Assembly (NCBI GenBank): GCA_963675665.1
Contig: OY776510.1
Coordinates: 4,736,001-4,800,000 of the forward strand
DNA length: 64,000 nucleotides
Source: Spirochaetia bacterium
Lineage (GTDB): Bacteria > Spirochaetota > Spirochaetia > UBA9216
Reading direction: 5' to 3'
The first letter of the stretch is position 1. Every line of letters starts with the position of its first letter. Under the pieces are notes generated by a model. That model saw nothing but the letters and a program-made list of their open reading frames with translations. It was not told the origin of the DNA and searched no databases. A program made the translations under genes and the position numbers. This document shows positions 47,196-55,513 of the stretch, piece by piece.

Positions 47196-48596
47196 TCATT
47201 TTCTTTCGGGCATTTTATGCACGGAAAGTCCTTCGATATCATGCACACATTCCATTACCGCTTCGGAAACCGTCGGATGCGGATGAATTAATCCGCCCAG
47301 TTCTTCAATAGTCAGCTCAGCACTTATCGCAAGGGCAACCTCCGATATCAGCTCTGTAGCTTTGGGGCCTATCATTTGACACCCTATAACAGCGCCTGTC
47401 CTGTTATCCGAGACGATCTTGATAAAACCGGTATTCTCGCCTGTTATAAAGGCCTTGCTGTTACCGGCAAAAGAATAATGACCGCACTTTACATCTATTC
47501 CTTCAGCAGCAGCTTCCGCCCCGGTTTTCCCCGCGGAGGATATCTCTGGGCGGGTATAAACGCAGGACGGAATTACATCCTGATTTGTATGATTTTTTTC
47601 CCCTGAAATATGCGCGACTGCGATTATTCCCTGTGCCGATGCGGCATGAGCCAGCTGCAGCCCCCCGGAAACATCGCCTATTGCATAAATATTGGGGACG
47701 TTTGTCTGCATGTTGCTGTCGGTTTTAATAACTCCCCGGATTTCAGTTATCCCGGCGGATTCAAGATTCAAACCGTCTGTGCAGGTTTTTCTGCCCGTTG
47801 CTATCATGATCTCATCAGCCTGAATTACTTCTTCGCCTGCCCCGCTGCTGATCAAAGTTTTTATACCGTTCTCCCGCCGGACGCTTATAACCTTTACGCC
47901 GGTCCGGATTGTTATACCGGATTTTTTAAGATGTTTTTCCAGTTCAGCTGCAATATCCCCGTCCATATTGGGAAGCAACTGCGGCTGCATTTCCAGAATT
48001 ATTACATCGACTCCGAGATCATTCAGAATTGTCGCACACTCAACGCCTATTACGCCGCCGCCGATTATTATCATGCTTGCCGGAAGTTCCCTGTTCTCTT
48101 CCAAAAGGGTATCGCTGGTCCAGTATTGTATTGTATCCAGCCCTTCTACCGGAGGAATTGCGGGGACCGAACCCGTTGCAAGTATAATATTTTCGGCGGA
48201 GATTACAACATCTTCACCATTGCCCGTGCATCTGAGCCTGTTACGTCCTTCGAAAACAGCCCTTGCTTTCAGGACTTTCACCCCGTTTGCTTTAAGAAGG
48301 CCTGCTACCCCCGATTTCAGCTGATTAACTACCCGATCTTTATAACCGTAGAGCGCATTCTGATCGACCTTGGGGGCTCCTGCTTTTATCCCGAATTTCT
48401 CTGCCGTCTTTATCACATCAAGTATTTCACATGAATGAAGCATTGCCTTCGTCGGTACGCATCCCCTGTTAAGGCATGTGCCGCCGAGTTCATTTTCTTC
48501 AATCAGAACCGTTTTTATTCCAAAACGGGCGGCCCTTATGGCTGCCACATAGCCGCCCGGGCCTCCGCCTATTACTGCGAGCTTATATTGTTCCAT
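47196..48596 (-). CDS. lpdA: Dihydrolipoamide dehydrogenase (E3)
   Basis: GGGPGGYVAA, GGTCLNRGCVPTK, GGGVIG, HPHPTVSE. Confidence 0.95.
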   Translation of the reverse strand: MEQYKLAVIGGGPGGYVAAIRAARFGIKTVLIEENELGGTCLNRGCVPTKAMLHSCEILDVIKTAEKFGIKAGAPKVDQNALYGYKDRVVNQLKSGVAGLLKANGVKVLKARAVFEGRNRLRCTGNGEDVVISAENIILATGSVPAIPPVEGLDTIQYWTSDTLLEENRELPASMIIIGGGVIGVECATILNDLGVDVIILEMQPQLLPNMDGDIAAELEKHLKKSGITIRTGVKVISVRRENGIKTLISSGAGEEVIQADEIMIATGRKTCTDGLNLESAGITEIRGVIKTDSNMQTNVPNIYAIGDVSGGLQLAHAASAQGIIAVAHISGEKNHTNQDVIPSCVYTRPEISSAGKTGAEAAAEGIDVKCGHYSFAGNSKAFITGENTGFIKIVSDNRTGAVIGCQMIGPKATELISEVALAISAELTIEELGGLIHPHPTVSEAVMECVHDIEGLSVHKMPERK

Positions 48597-48606
48597 AACT
48601 AATTCC

Positions 48607-49911
48607 CTAAATAAGTCTGTAAGGGTTCTCCAGAATCGATTTTATCAACATCAGGAATTCCGCCGCCGGCGCCCCGTCTATCACCCTGTGATCATAAGTC
48701 AGCGTAAGGCTGCATACAGGCCTTATCTCCAGCTTGCCGTCAACAGCAACAGGTTTATCCTTTATTGCTCCTACAGCCAGGATTCCGCTTTCGGGTTCAT
48801 TTATAATAGCTGTAAACCTGTCCAGTCCGTACATTCCGAGATTGGAAACAGTAAAAACCGCACCGTTAAGTTCTTCAGGCATCAGTTTTCCGCTCTTTGC
48901 CTTTTCTCCCAGTTCCCGGCTTTCACTATTGATTTCCTCAAGATTCTTATGAACAACGTCCCTCATAACCGGTACAATCAGGCCTTCCTCTAAAGCTACA
49001 GCCATCCCTATATTAATATCCCGGTAACTGAGTATTTCATCACCCTGAAGGCTGCAGTTAAGTGCCGGCATCTGCTCCAGCGCAGCCGCCGCAGTTTTAA
49101 GTATGATATCGTTATATGAAACCTTGATTCCGGCTTCCTTCAACATCGCGCGAAGCCTTACAGCTTCAGTCATTTCAACATCAACATTGTGGGTTGCCTG
49201 CGCGGCCGTATCGAGGCTTGATCGCATCCGCTCCGCAATCACCTTTCTCATCCCCTTCAGCGGTTTCCGGATTATGCTGTCCGCGGACGCATCCTGGCTT
49301 CCCTCAAGGTCGTGGCTGTAAATCTTGCCGCGAGGCCCGCTTCCGCCGACCTTCGATAAATCAACCCCCTGCTGCTGAGCAATTCGTTTTGCAAGCGGCG
49401 TGACTGCAGCTGAAACGGTTTGAGCGGACAGAACATCGCGCTCAATCACAAGCCCGTCCGGTCCGCTGCCGGCGATTCCTTCTATATCCAGGCCCTTTTC
49501 ACCGGCCCTCATTTTCGCGCGGGGGCTCGCAAACTTTCTCTGCGTATCCCTGCCGTCAGCAGTTACTGCAGTAAGATTCGGTACAGCAGCTGAGGCAGCT
49601 TCGTTTACGCCCGAAACCGGGGACTGCTGCTCCGCGCCTTCTTTTTCCGCTATTATCTCAGAGATATCTTCTCCGCTCTCACCGATAACCGCAATGGTTT
49701 CGGTAATCGGTACGACATCGCCCACGGAATTAAATATTTTAAGTATATGCCCGCCGGCGGGAGCGTCTATTTCAATTGTCAGCTTGTCGGTTTCCATCTC
49801 AAAGAGAGGATCGCCTTCATTTACAGAATCACCTTCCTGTTTAAACCACTCCAGTATTGTTCCTTCGGTCATCTGCAAACCCTGTTTGGGCATTATCACC
49901 TTTGTCGCCAT
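48607..49911 (-). CDS. Dihydrolipoamide acyltransferase (E2), AcoC/PdhC-like
   Basis: One lipoyl domain (ETDKLT), two E3-binding repeats (ASPRAK..GSGPDG; VTPLAK..GSGPRG), catalytic DHRVIDG. Confidence 0.92.
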   Translation of the reverse strand: MATKVIMPKQGLQMTEGTILEWFKQEGDSVNEGDPLFEMETDKLTIEIDAPAGGHILKIFNSVGDVVPITETIAVIGESGEDISEIIAEKEGAEQQSPVSGVNEAASAAVPNLTAVTADGRDTQRKFASPRAKMRAGEKGLDIEGIAGSGPDGLVIERDVLSAQTVSAAVTPLAKRIAQQQGVDLSKVGGSGPRGKIYSHDLEGSQDASADSIIRKPLKGMRKVIAERMRSSLDTAAQATHNVDVEMTEAVRLRAMLKEAGIKVSYNDIILKTAAAALEQMPALNCSLQGDEILSYRDINIGMAVALEEGLIVPVMRDVVHKNLEEINSESRELGEKAKSGKLMPEELNGAVFTVSNLGMYGLDRFTAIINEPESGILAVGAIKDKPVAVDGKLEIRPVCSLTLTYDHRVIDGAPAAEFLMLIKSILENPYRLI

Positions 49912-49920
49912 GATATTCTC

Positions 49921-50898
49921 CTACTTGTATAAAACAGTTTTTGCACCTTCGACAATATTGTCAACACCGGGCACAACCGCATCTTCCAGAACCAGGGAAA
50001 ACGGCAGCGTACAGGCTTTTGCCCCCAGTCTTTCAACCGGAGCATCAAGGTATTTAAAGGCCTTCTCTGTAATCTGCGAAGCGATTTCCGCGCCGACGCC
50101 CCCCGTCTTGTGTGCTTCATGGACTATAACTGCTCTGCCCGTTTTTTTAACCGAATCGACAATTGTATCGATATCAAGCGGCAGGACGGTTCTGGGATCA
50201 ATTATCTCCGCGTTAATACCTTCAGAGGCAAGCTTTTCAGCAGCCTCAAGGGCCCTTGAAACCATCAAAGAGGTAGCTATAACGGTTACGTCGGAGCCGG
50301 GCCTTACAACTGAGGCCTTCCCGAAGGGAACGGTAAAATCCGGATCATCAGGTACTTCGCAGCTTGAAGCATAAAGGGCTTTGTGTTCAAAGAACATTAT
50401 CGGGTTATTGTCCCTGATTGCCGTTCTCAAAAGCCCTGCTGCATCAGCCGCATTTGACGGCATGGCGACCTTCAATCCGGGAATATGCACAAAGAAAGCC
50501 TCAAGACTCTGGGAATGCGTTCCTGCATTGCCCCGTCCTATACCCTGCTGGCCCCGGATTACCATCGGGATGGAAGCCTTGCCTCCGTACATATATCTGA
50601 GTTTGGCAGCCTGGTTCAGAATCATGTCCATTGCAACATATGTAAAATCCATATACATAAGTTCAACTATGGGCCTCATTCCGGCAAGGGCCGCGCCTAT
50701 CCCGGCGCCAACAAAACCCGCTTCCGAAATCGGCGTATTTCTGACTCTGCCGCCGAATTCATCCAGCAGTCCTCTTGTGCACCCGAAAATACCGCCCTGC
50801 TCGGCAATATCTTCTCCGATTATAAAAACATCCTTGTCTCTACGCATTTCTTCAGCAATTACATCACGGATCGCAACAGCATATTTTTTAACACTCAT
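49921..50898 (-). CDS. TPP-dependent dehydrogenase E1 beta, AcoB-like
   Basis: IGEDI..GGIFG, NTPISE, PIVELMYMDF, NQAAKLRYMYGG, HSQSLEA, FFEHK. Confidence 0.9.
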   Translation of the reverse strand: MSVKKYAVAIRDVIAEEMRRDKDVFIIGEDIAEQGGIFGCTRGLLDEFGGRVRNTPISEAGFVGAGIGAALAGMRPIVELMYMDFTYVAMDMILNQAAKLRYMYGGKASIPMVIRGQQGIGRGNAGTHSQSLEAFFVHIPGLKVAMPSNAADAAGLLRTAIRDNNPIMFFEHKALYASSCEVPDDPDFTVPFGKASVVRPGSDVTVIATSLMVSRALEAAEKLASEGINAEIIDPRTVLPLDIDTIVDSVKKTGRAVIVHEAHKTGGVGAEIASQITEKAFKYLDAPVERLGAKACTLPFSLVLEDAVVPGVDNIVEGAKTVLYK

Positions 50899-50909
50899 TA
50901 TTATCTCCT

Positions 50910-51866
50910 TCAGTCACAGTAAACATTATCCAGAACATGCGTCGGGTCCGGTTCGGGGCTGTTTATTGCAAAATCCTCAGCCTCGGCAATAATCCTGTCC
51001 GCCTCAGCATGCGCCGCATCAATTCCGGCCTGGTCCATGACGCCTTCGTCGAGCATATACTTCTCAAGCCGCTTGATCGGACATTTCCGCTTCCATTCTT
51101 CTACTTCTTCTCTGGTCCTGTAAACTTCAGGATCTCCGGTCCAGTGCCCGTACCACCTGTAAGTCTTGCACTCGATCAGCGACGGGCCTTCGCCTTTCCG
51201 GGCCCTGACAAGGGCCTTTTTGAAAGCCTTGTCGACAGCAAAAATATCATTGCCGTCTACAACGGTTCCGGGAATGTTATACGCCTTTGCCCTTACCGCG
51301 ATATCTTCAACGGAAGTACTGATGCTAACGTGAGTGGATATTCCGAACTGGTTGTTTTCGCATACAAAAATAACCGGAAGTTTCCATACGGAGGCAAGAT
51401 TAAGCCCCTCGTGAAAAACTCCTTCGTTGGAAGCGCCGTCCCCGAAAAATGTGACGGCAACCTGGTCGGTTCCGCGCAGCTGCGCCGCGAGGCCGGCTCC
51501 GGTCGCAATCGGAATACCTGCGCCTACAATTGCATTGGCGCCGAGATTGCCTTTGGTAACATCAGCAATATGCATTGAACCGCCGCGTCCCCCGCAATAG
51601 CCGGTGGCTTTCCCCATCAGTTCGGCAAGAGCCTTGTCCGGTTCAGCGCCCTTGGCTATGCAGTGACCGTGCCCCCTGTGTGTGCTGGTAATATAGTCGT
51701 CATCGCCCAGATTGGAACATACTGTAGTCGGGACGGCTTCCTGACCTATCGTAAGATGCACCGATCCCCTGAGTTTATTCTCTTCGAAAAGCTTCAGAGC
51801 TTTTTCTTCAAATCTTCTTATCACAAGCATGTCGTGATATATTTTAAGCATTCGTTTCTTTTCCAT
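50910..51866 (-). CDS. TPP-dependent dehydrogenase E1 alpha, AcoA-like
   Basis: VHLTIGQEA, STHRGHGHCIAKG, GRGGSMHIAD, FFGDGASNEG...CENN, TYRWYGH; start at ATG 51866. Confidence 0.9.
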   Translation of the reverse strand: MEKKRMLKIYHDMLVIRRFEEKALKLFEENKLRGSVHLTIGQEAVPTTVCSNLGDDDYITSTHRGHGHCIAKGAEPDKALAELMGKATGYCGGRGGSMHIADVTKGNLGANAIVGAGIPIATGAGLAAQLRGTDQVAVTFFGDGASNEGVFHEGLNLASVWKLPVIFVCENNQFGISTHVSISTSVEDIAVRAKAYNIPGTVVDGNDIFAVDKAFKKALVRARKGEGPSLIECKTYRWYGHWTGDPEVYRTREEVEEWKRKCPIKRLEKYMLDEGVMDQAGIDAAHAEADRIIAEAEDFAINSPEPDPTHVLDNVYCD

Positions 51867-51889
51867 ATGCTTTTCTCCTAATAGCAATT

Positions 51890-51991
51890 CCTGCCATGGA
51901 GGGCAGGTTCTTAAGGTAGAGTTTTTAAATAAAAATTAAAAACTTCAAAATACAAAAAGTACGAAGTACTTTAGAAGTATTTTTTTGTATT
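51890..51991. repeat. Composite three-hairpin element upstream of E1 alpha
   Basis: CCTGCC-ATGGAG-GGCAGG; AGTTTTTAA...TTAAAAACT; AATACAAAAA...TTTTTGTATT. Confidence 0.7.
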
Positions 51992-51995
51992 CCTT

Positions 51996-52865
51996 CTATA
52001 TAATTCCGGCTACGATATCTACAAGATCTTCGGTGCCTTCAGCAATCAGCACTCCGGCAGCCTTAAGCGCCGCTTCCTTGTTTTCAGCAGATCCCTCTCC
52101 GTCCGGAGAAACTATCGCGCCGGCGTGCCCCATACTGGTATCCTTGGGCGCATTCTTGCCCGCTATCAATGCCACTACCGGTTTGGTAATATTTTCCTTG
52201 ATATATGCCGCGGCTATTTCTTCTTCGCTTCCGCCTATTTCTCCAATCATGACGATCACTTTTGTTTCTTCATCTTTCTCAAAAAACGGCAGAATATCCA
52301 CAAACATCGAACCGGGGATCATATCTCCGCCTACTCCGATGCAGGTCGACTGCCCGATATTCTTTTTCTTCATCATAAAAACCGTTTCATAACAGTTTGT
52401 CGCGCTGCGAGACATTATTCCCACATTTCCGGGCAGGAAAATTCGGTGGGCCATAAAACCTGCTTTGGCTTTGCCCGGAGAAATTATTCCGAAAGAATTC
52501 GGTCCTATCAATCTGCAGCCTTTTTCCTTTGCAAGATAATGAAGTTTCAGCATCTCATGAACGGGAACTCCCTCGGCAATGGTTATGACCAAAGGTATCC
52601 CCGACAGGATAGCCTCATATGCCGCTTTATACATGAATCTGGGCGGCACAAAGAGGACGGTAGCATTCGCGTCCGTCATTTCCTTTGCCTGCAGAACTGT
52701 ATTGAATACGGGAATTCCGAGGACAGAGGTGCCGCCCTTTCCCGGAGTAACACCGGCTACAACCTTTGTACCGTATTCAAGCATCTGCTCGGTATGGAAA
52801 GAGCCTTCCCGGCCTGTTATTCCCTGAACTATTAGTCTGGTATTTTCATCTATAAAAAAACTCAT
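51996..52865 (-). CDS. ADP-forming acyl-CoA synthetase alpha subunit (SucD-like)
   Basis: VQGITGREG, GVTPGKGG, IGPNSFG, IGEIGG, MGHAGA (phospho-His); atypical SRSATNCYE. Confidence 0.9.
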   Translation of the reverse strand: MSFFIDENTRLIVQGITGREGSFHTEQMLEYGTKVVAGVTPGKGGTSVLGIPVFNTVLQAKEMTDANATVLFVPPRFMYKAAYEAILSGIPLVITIAEGVPVHEMLKLHYLAKEKGCRLIGPNSFGIISPGKAKAGFMAHRIFLPGNVGIMSRSATNCYETVFMMKKKNIGQSTCIGVGGDMIPGSMFVDILPFFEKDEETKVIVMIGEIGGSEEEIAAAYIKENITKPVVALIAGKNAPKDTSMGHAGAIVSPDGEGSAENKEAALKAAGVLIAEGTEDLVDIVAGII

Positions 52866-54004
52866 AACCCCATCCCCTGTGCAAGCACTTCGACTCCTTC
52901 CTTCAGACCGTCAGCCATTTTAATCCCGCCGCGGATCGTGTTGATGATTTCAAGACCCTTTTCCCTGTTTGTTCCTTCAAGTCTTGTTACCAGTCTTATT
53001 CCGTTCATATCGGCCATTGCAGCCTTTATTCCGTTTGCGATTTCGTCGCATCTTGTTATACCGCCGAAAATATTTATAAAAATTGTATCCACCCCGGAAG
53101 CCGAAGCTACTATTCTGAGAGCTTCCTTTATTCGTTCCGCAGTGGCCCCGCCGCCGAGATCAAGAGCGGAAGTCACTGTCATGCCGCGCTTGGTTATCAG
53201 ATCTATCGACGACATAATCATCCCGGAACCATTGCTGATTACCGCAATATTGCCTTCATTCCTGACCGGAATATATAAAAAATCAAATTTTCTTGCCTCA
53301 AGAACAAGGGGGTTCTCTTCTATTTCATCCCTGAAATCCTTGATATCACCGTGTTTATAAAGCGAATTGTCATCGATATCAATCTTGCCGTCGAGGGCCA
53401 TGATCCTGTTTTGTTCATCAATTATTAACGGGTTAATCTCTGCAAGCATGCAGTCCATTCCGATAAAAACATCGTACAGTTTCTTTACAACATTACGGAA
53501 TTCATCAGTATAATCACGGTTAAGACCTGATTTATCGATTGCATAATCTATAATAAAATCATCAATAATATCAGAAGGATTTATAAGAACTTTCACAATC
53601 TTTTCCGGATACTTATCAGCAATCTCGTTTATATCAACCCCGCCCTCAGGGCTGAAAATCATAACCGCTTTCTTGTATTTACGATCCAGGGTAAAGCTGA
53701 GATACATTTCCTTCCTGATTTCAACTTTTTCGGTAATAAAAATCCGTTTGACCGGCAGGTTTTTAATCTTCATATCAAGAACGGAGGAGCCTCTTTCAAC
53801 AAGTTCATCGTCATTCCCGGCAAACTGTACTCCTCCAGCCTTGCCGCGCCCGCCGGTCTGCACCTGGGCTTTGATAACTGCAGGGTAATTAACCTTACCC
53901 TGCAGGGCCTTAAGCTCTTCAACCGACGAGGCAACACACCCCTCGCTGCATGGAAGCTCAAAGCGCTTAAACAGTTCATGTGCCTTATATTCAAGCAGTT
54001 TCAT
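52862..54004 (-). CDS. ADP-forming acyl-CoA synthetase beta subunit (SucC-like)
   Basis: MKLLEY, KAQVQTGGRGKAGGV, EINPL, LDLGGGA, NIFGGITRCD, RLEGTN; atypical NGSGMIMSSID. Confidence 0.9.
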   Translation of the reverse strand: MKLLEYKAHELFKRFELPCSEGCVASSVEELKALQGKVNYPAVIKAQVQTGGRGKAGGVQFAGNDDELVERGSSVLDMKIKNLPVKRIFITEKVEIRKEMYLSFTLDRKYKKAVMIFSPEGGVDINEIADKYPEKIVKVLINPSDIIDDFIIDYAIDKSGLNRDYTDEFRNVVKKLYDVFIGMDCMLAEINPLIIDEQNRIMALDGKIDIDDNSLYKHGDIKDFRDEIEENPLVLEARKFDFLYIPVRNEGNIAVISNGSGMIMSSIDLITKRGMTVTSALDLGGGATAERIKEALRIVASASGVDTIFINIFGGITRCDEIANGIKAAMADMNGIRLVTRLEGTNREKGLEIINTIRGGIKMADGLKEGVEVLAQGMGL

Positions 54005-54009
54005 CTATA

Positions 54010-55383
54010 TTATTCCTCTTCAGCCCATATCTCTTCATCAGTCGGAATAACTACGTTCGGTTTAATCTTGGCTACCCGGGTTATATTTAGGAGGTGCTTA
54101 TAATAAAAATTCTCGGAAATACTGTTGTTTCCCCATGAACCGCAACCCAGGGTGCTGGTAGCATTCAACCCGTTCAGAAAAGACCCGCCGATATTGATTG
54201 AACACGGCTGATTAACCAGGATTCGGCTTACGGGAGCTTTTTCGGCAAGCCTGACAATGTTTTTATCATTTTCAGAGTGGATAACAACAGTGTGGCCCTT
54301 TCCTTCTACCTCAAGGTTTTCAAGAACTATCTCAACAGCCTCGCCAAAGTCTTTATATTTAAACGGAACTATAACCGGAAACATTTTTTCTTTTCTGAGC
54401 AGGCTGTCCGTGTTTGAGTTTTCTTCAGGAATCACGATAACGACCGTATCCTCCGGCATTTCCACTCCGGCCCGCTCTGCAATGGTCTGAATCGGCTGAC
54501 CTATCAAATCCCTGTTTATAATTCCGTTTGGGAAAAGGGCTGTAACCAGCTTCTCACGTTCATCAGCATCAGTTACTACATAGCCGCCGTTAGCCGCGAG
54601 CTCTTTCAATACATCGTCATAAAGTTCTTCAGGCGCTATCACCGTTTGTTCGCCGGAACAGATGATTCCGTTATCAAAAACACGCCCGGTCACTATCTTC
54701 TCGACGGCATCCTTTAAATTAACACCCCGATCAATAACAGCCTGAACATTCCCCGCGCCTACTCCGAAGGACGGTTTACCGCTTGAATATGCGGCTTTTA
54801 CCATTCCTGCGCCGCCGGTGGCCACAGTCACATCGGTCATCTTCATCAGAAGATTCGAACGTTCAATATTTACATCCTCTACAACCTGAACGATATTTTC
54901 AGGAGCATTAAACTCCTTTAAGATCTTGTTCCATTCGTCCACCAGGAACTTTGTGCAGTTTACAGCCCTGGGATGCGGAGCAATTATTATTGTATTCCGT
55001 CCCTTAAGCGCCGCCATCGCGTTTGCCATAGGAGTGACAATCGGATTTGTACAGGGCTGAATTGCGCCTACGACTCCGATTGGTTTCGCAATCTCTATGA
55101 TTCCAAGCTCTGCATCCTCAGCAATAATCCCCTGTGCCTTTTTACCTTTCAGACTGTGCCACATAATCCTGGCCTTTCCGAGGTGCTTCTTTGTTTTAAA
55201 TTCTACAGTTCCCATCTTTGTTTCATTGTGCGCCATCTCGGCCAGCGGCACAGCATTGTCATAAACATACTTTGCAATCGCCCTGATCATTTTATCTATT
55301 CTTTTCTGATCGAAGGATTCAAATTCCTTAAGCGCGGTTCTTGATTTAACAACAAGCTCTTTAATATATTCTTCGTTTGTCAT
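54010..55383 (-). CDS. CoA-acylating aldehyde dehydrogenase, succinate-semialdehyde dehydrogenase/succinyl-CoA reductase-like
   Basis: PCTNPIVTPMANAMAALKGRN, ATGGAGMVKAAYSSGKP, FDNGIICSGEQ, KEKMFP, TLGCGSWGNNSISEN, closely following the Clostridium kluyveri SucD pattern (recalled, not aligned). Confidence 0.88.
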   Translation of the reverse strand: MTNEEYIKELVVKSRTALKEFESFDQKRIDKMIRAIAKYVYDNAVPLAEMAHNETKMGTVEFKTKKHLGKARIMWHSLKGKKAQGIIAEDAELGIIEIAKPIGVVGAIQPCTNPIVTPMANAMAALKGRNTIIIAPHPRAVNCTKFLVDEWNKILKEFNAPENIVQVVEDVNIERSNLLMKMTDVTVATGGAGMVKAAYSSGKPSFGVGAGNVQAVIDRGVNLKDAVEKIVTGRVFDNGIICSGEQTVIAPEELYDDVLKELAANGGYVVTDADEREKLVTALFPNGIINRDLIGQPIQTIAERAGVEMPEDTVVIVIPEENSNTDSLLRKEKMFPVIVPFKYKDFGEAVEIVLENLEVEGKGHTVVIHSENDKNIVRLAEKAPVSRILVNQPCSINIGGSFLNGLNATSTLGCGSWGNNSISENFYYKHLLNITRVAKIKPNVVIPTDEEIWAEEE

Positions 55384-55409
55384 ATGAGTTTCTCCTTATC
55401 ATTTAAACC

Positions 55410-55506
55410 TTTTAATGGTCTGACCTTTAAATTATTGATCCATGTACTGTTTTTGTCAAGCACTGTTTACATTTTAATGGACAGACCTTTTCAAAAAAGG
55501 TATATT
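55410..55506. promoter_or_regulatory. Divergent promoters with two FadR-type operators
   Basis: TTTTAATGGTCTGACCTTTA (55410-) and TTTTAATGGACAGACCTTTT (55472-); minus-strand TTGACA (55459-55454)-17 nt-AATAAT; plus-strand TGGACA (55478)-17 nt-TATATT (55501-55506). Confidence 0.72.
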
Positions 55507-55513
55507 TCCATTG

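Noticed and set aside
48607-49911. Duplicated E3-binding domain in E2
   Set aside because: Real, but tandem binding domains occur in other AcoC-like E2 proteins, so it is not novel by itself.
47196-54004. Reading the central operon as housekeeping pyruvate or 2-oxoglutarate dehydrogenase plus TCA succinyl-CoA synthetase
   Set aside because: The E1 is the AcoA/B-like heterotetramer type (not SucA), the SucCD motifs are atypical, and the unit sits under dedicated FadR control with an acylating ALDH and a racemase. Not fully excluded.
51996-55383. Sulfoquinovose/sulfoacetate pathway (SqwD/SqwKL-like)
   Set aside because: The enzyme pair is analogous, but no sulfoquinovosidase, transketolase, isomerase or TauE exporter is present, and it would not explain LarA + malic enzyme.
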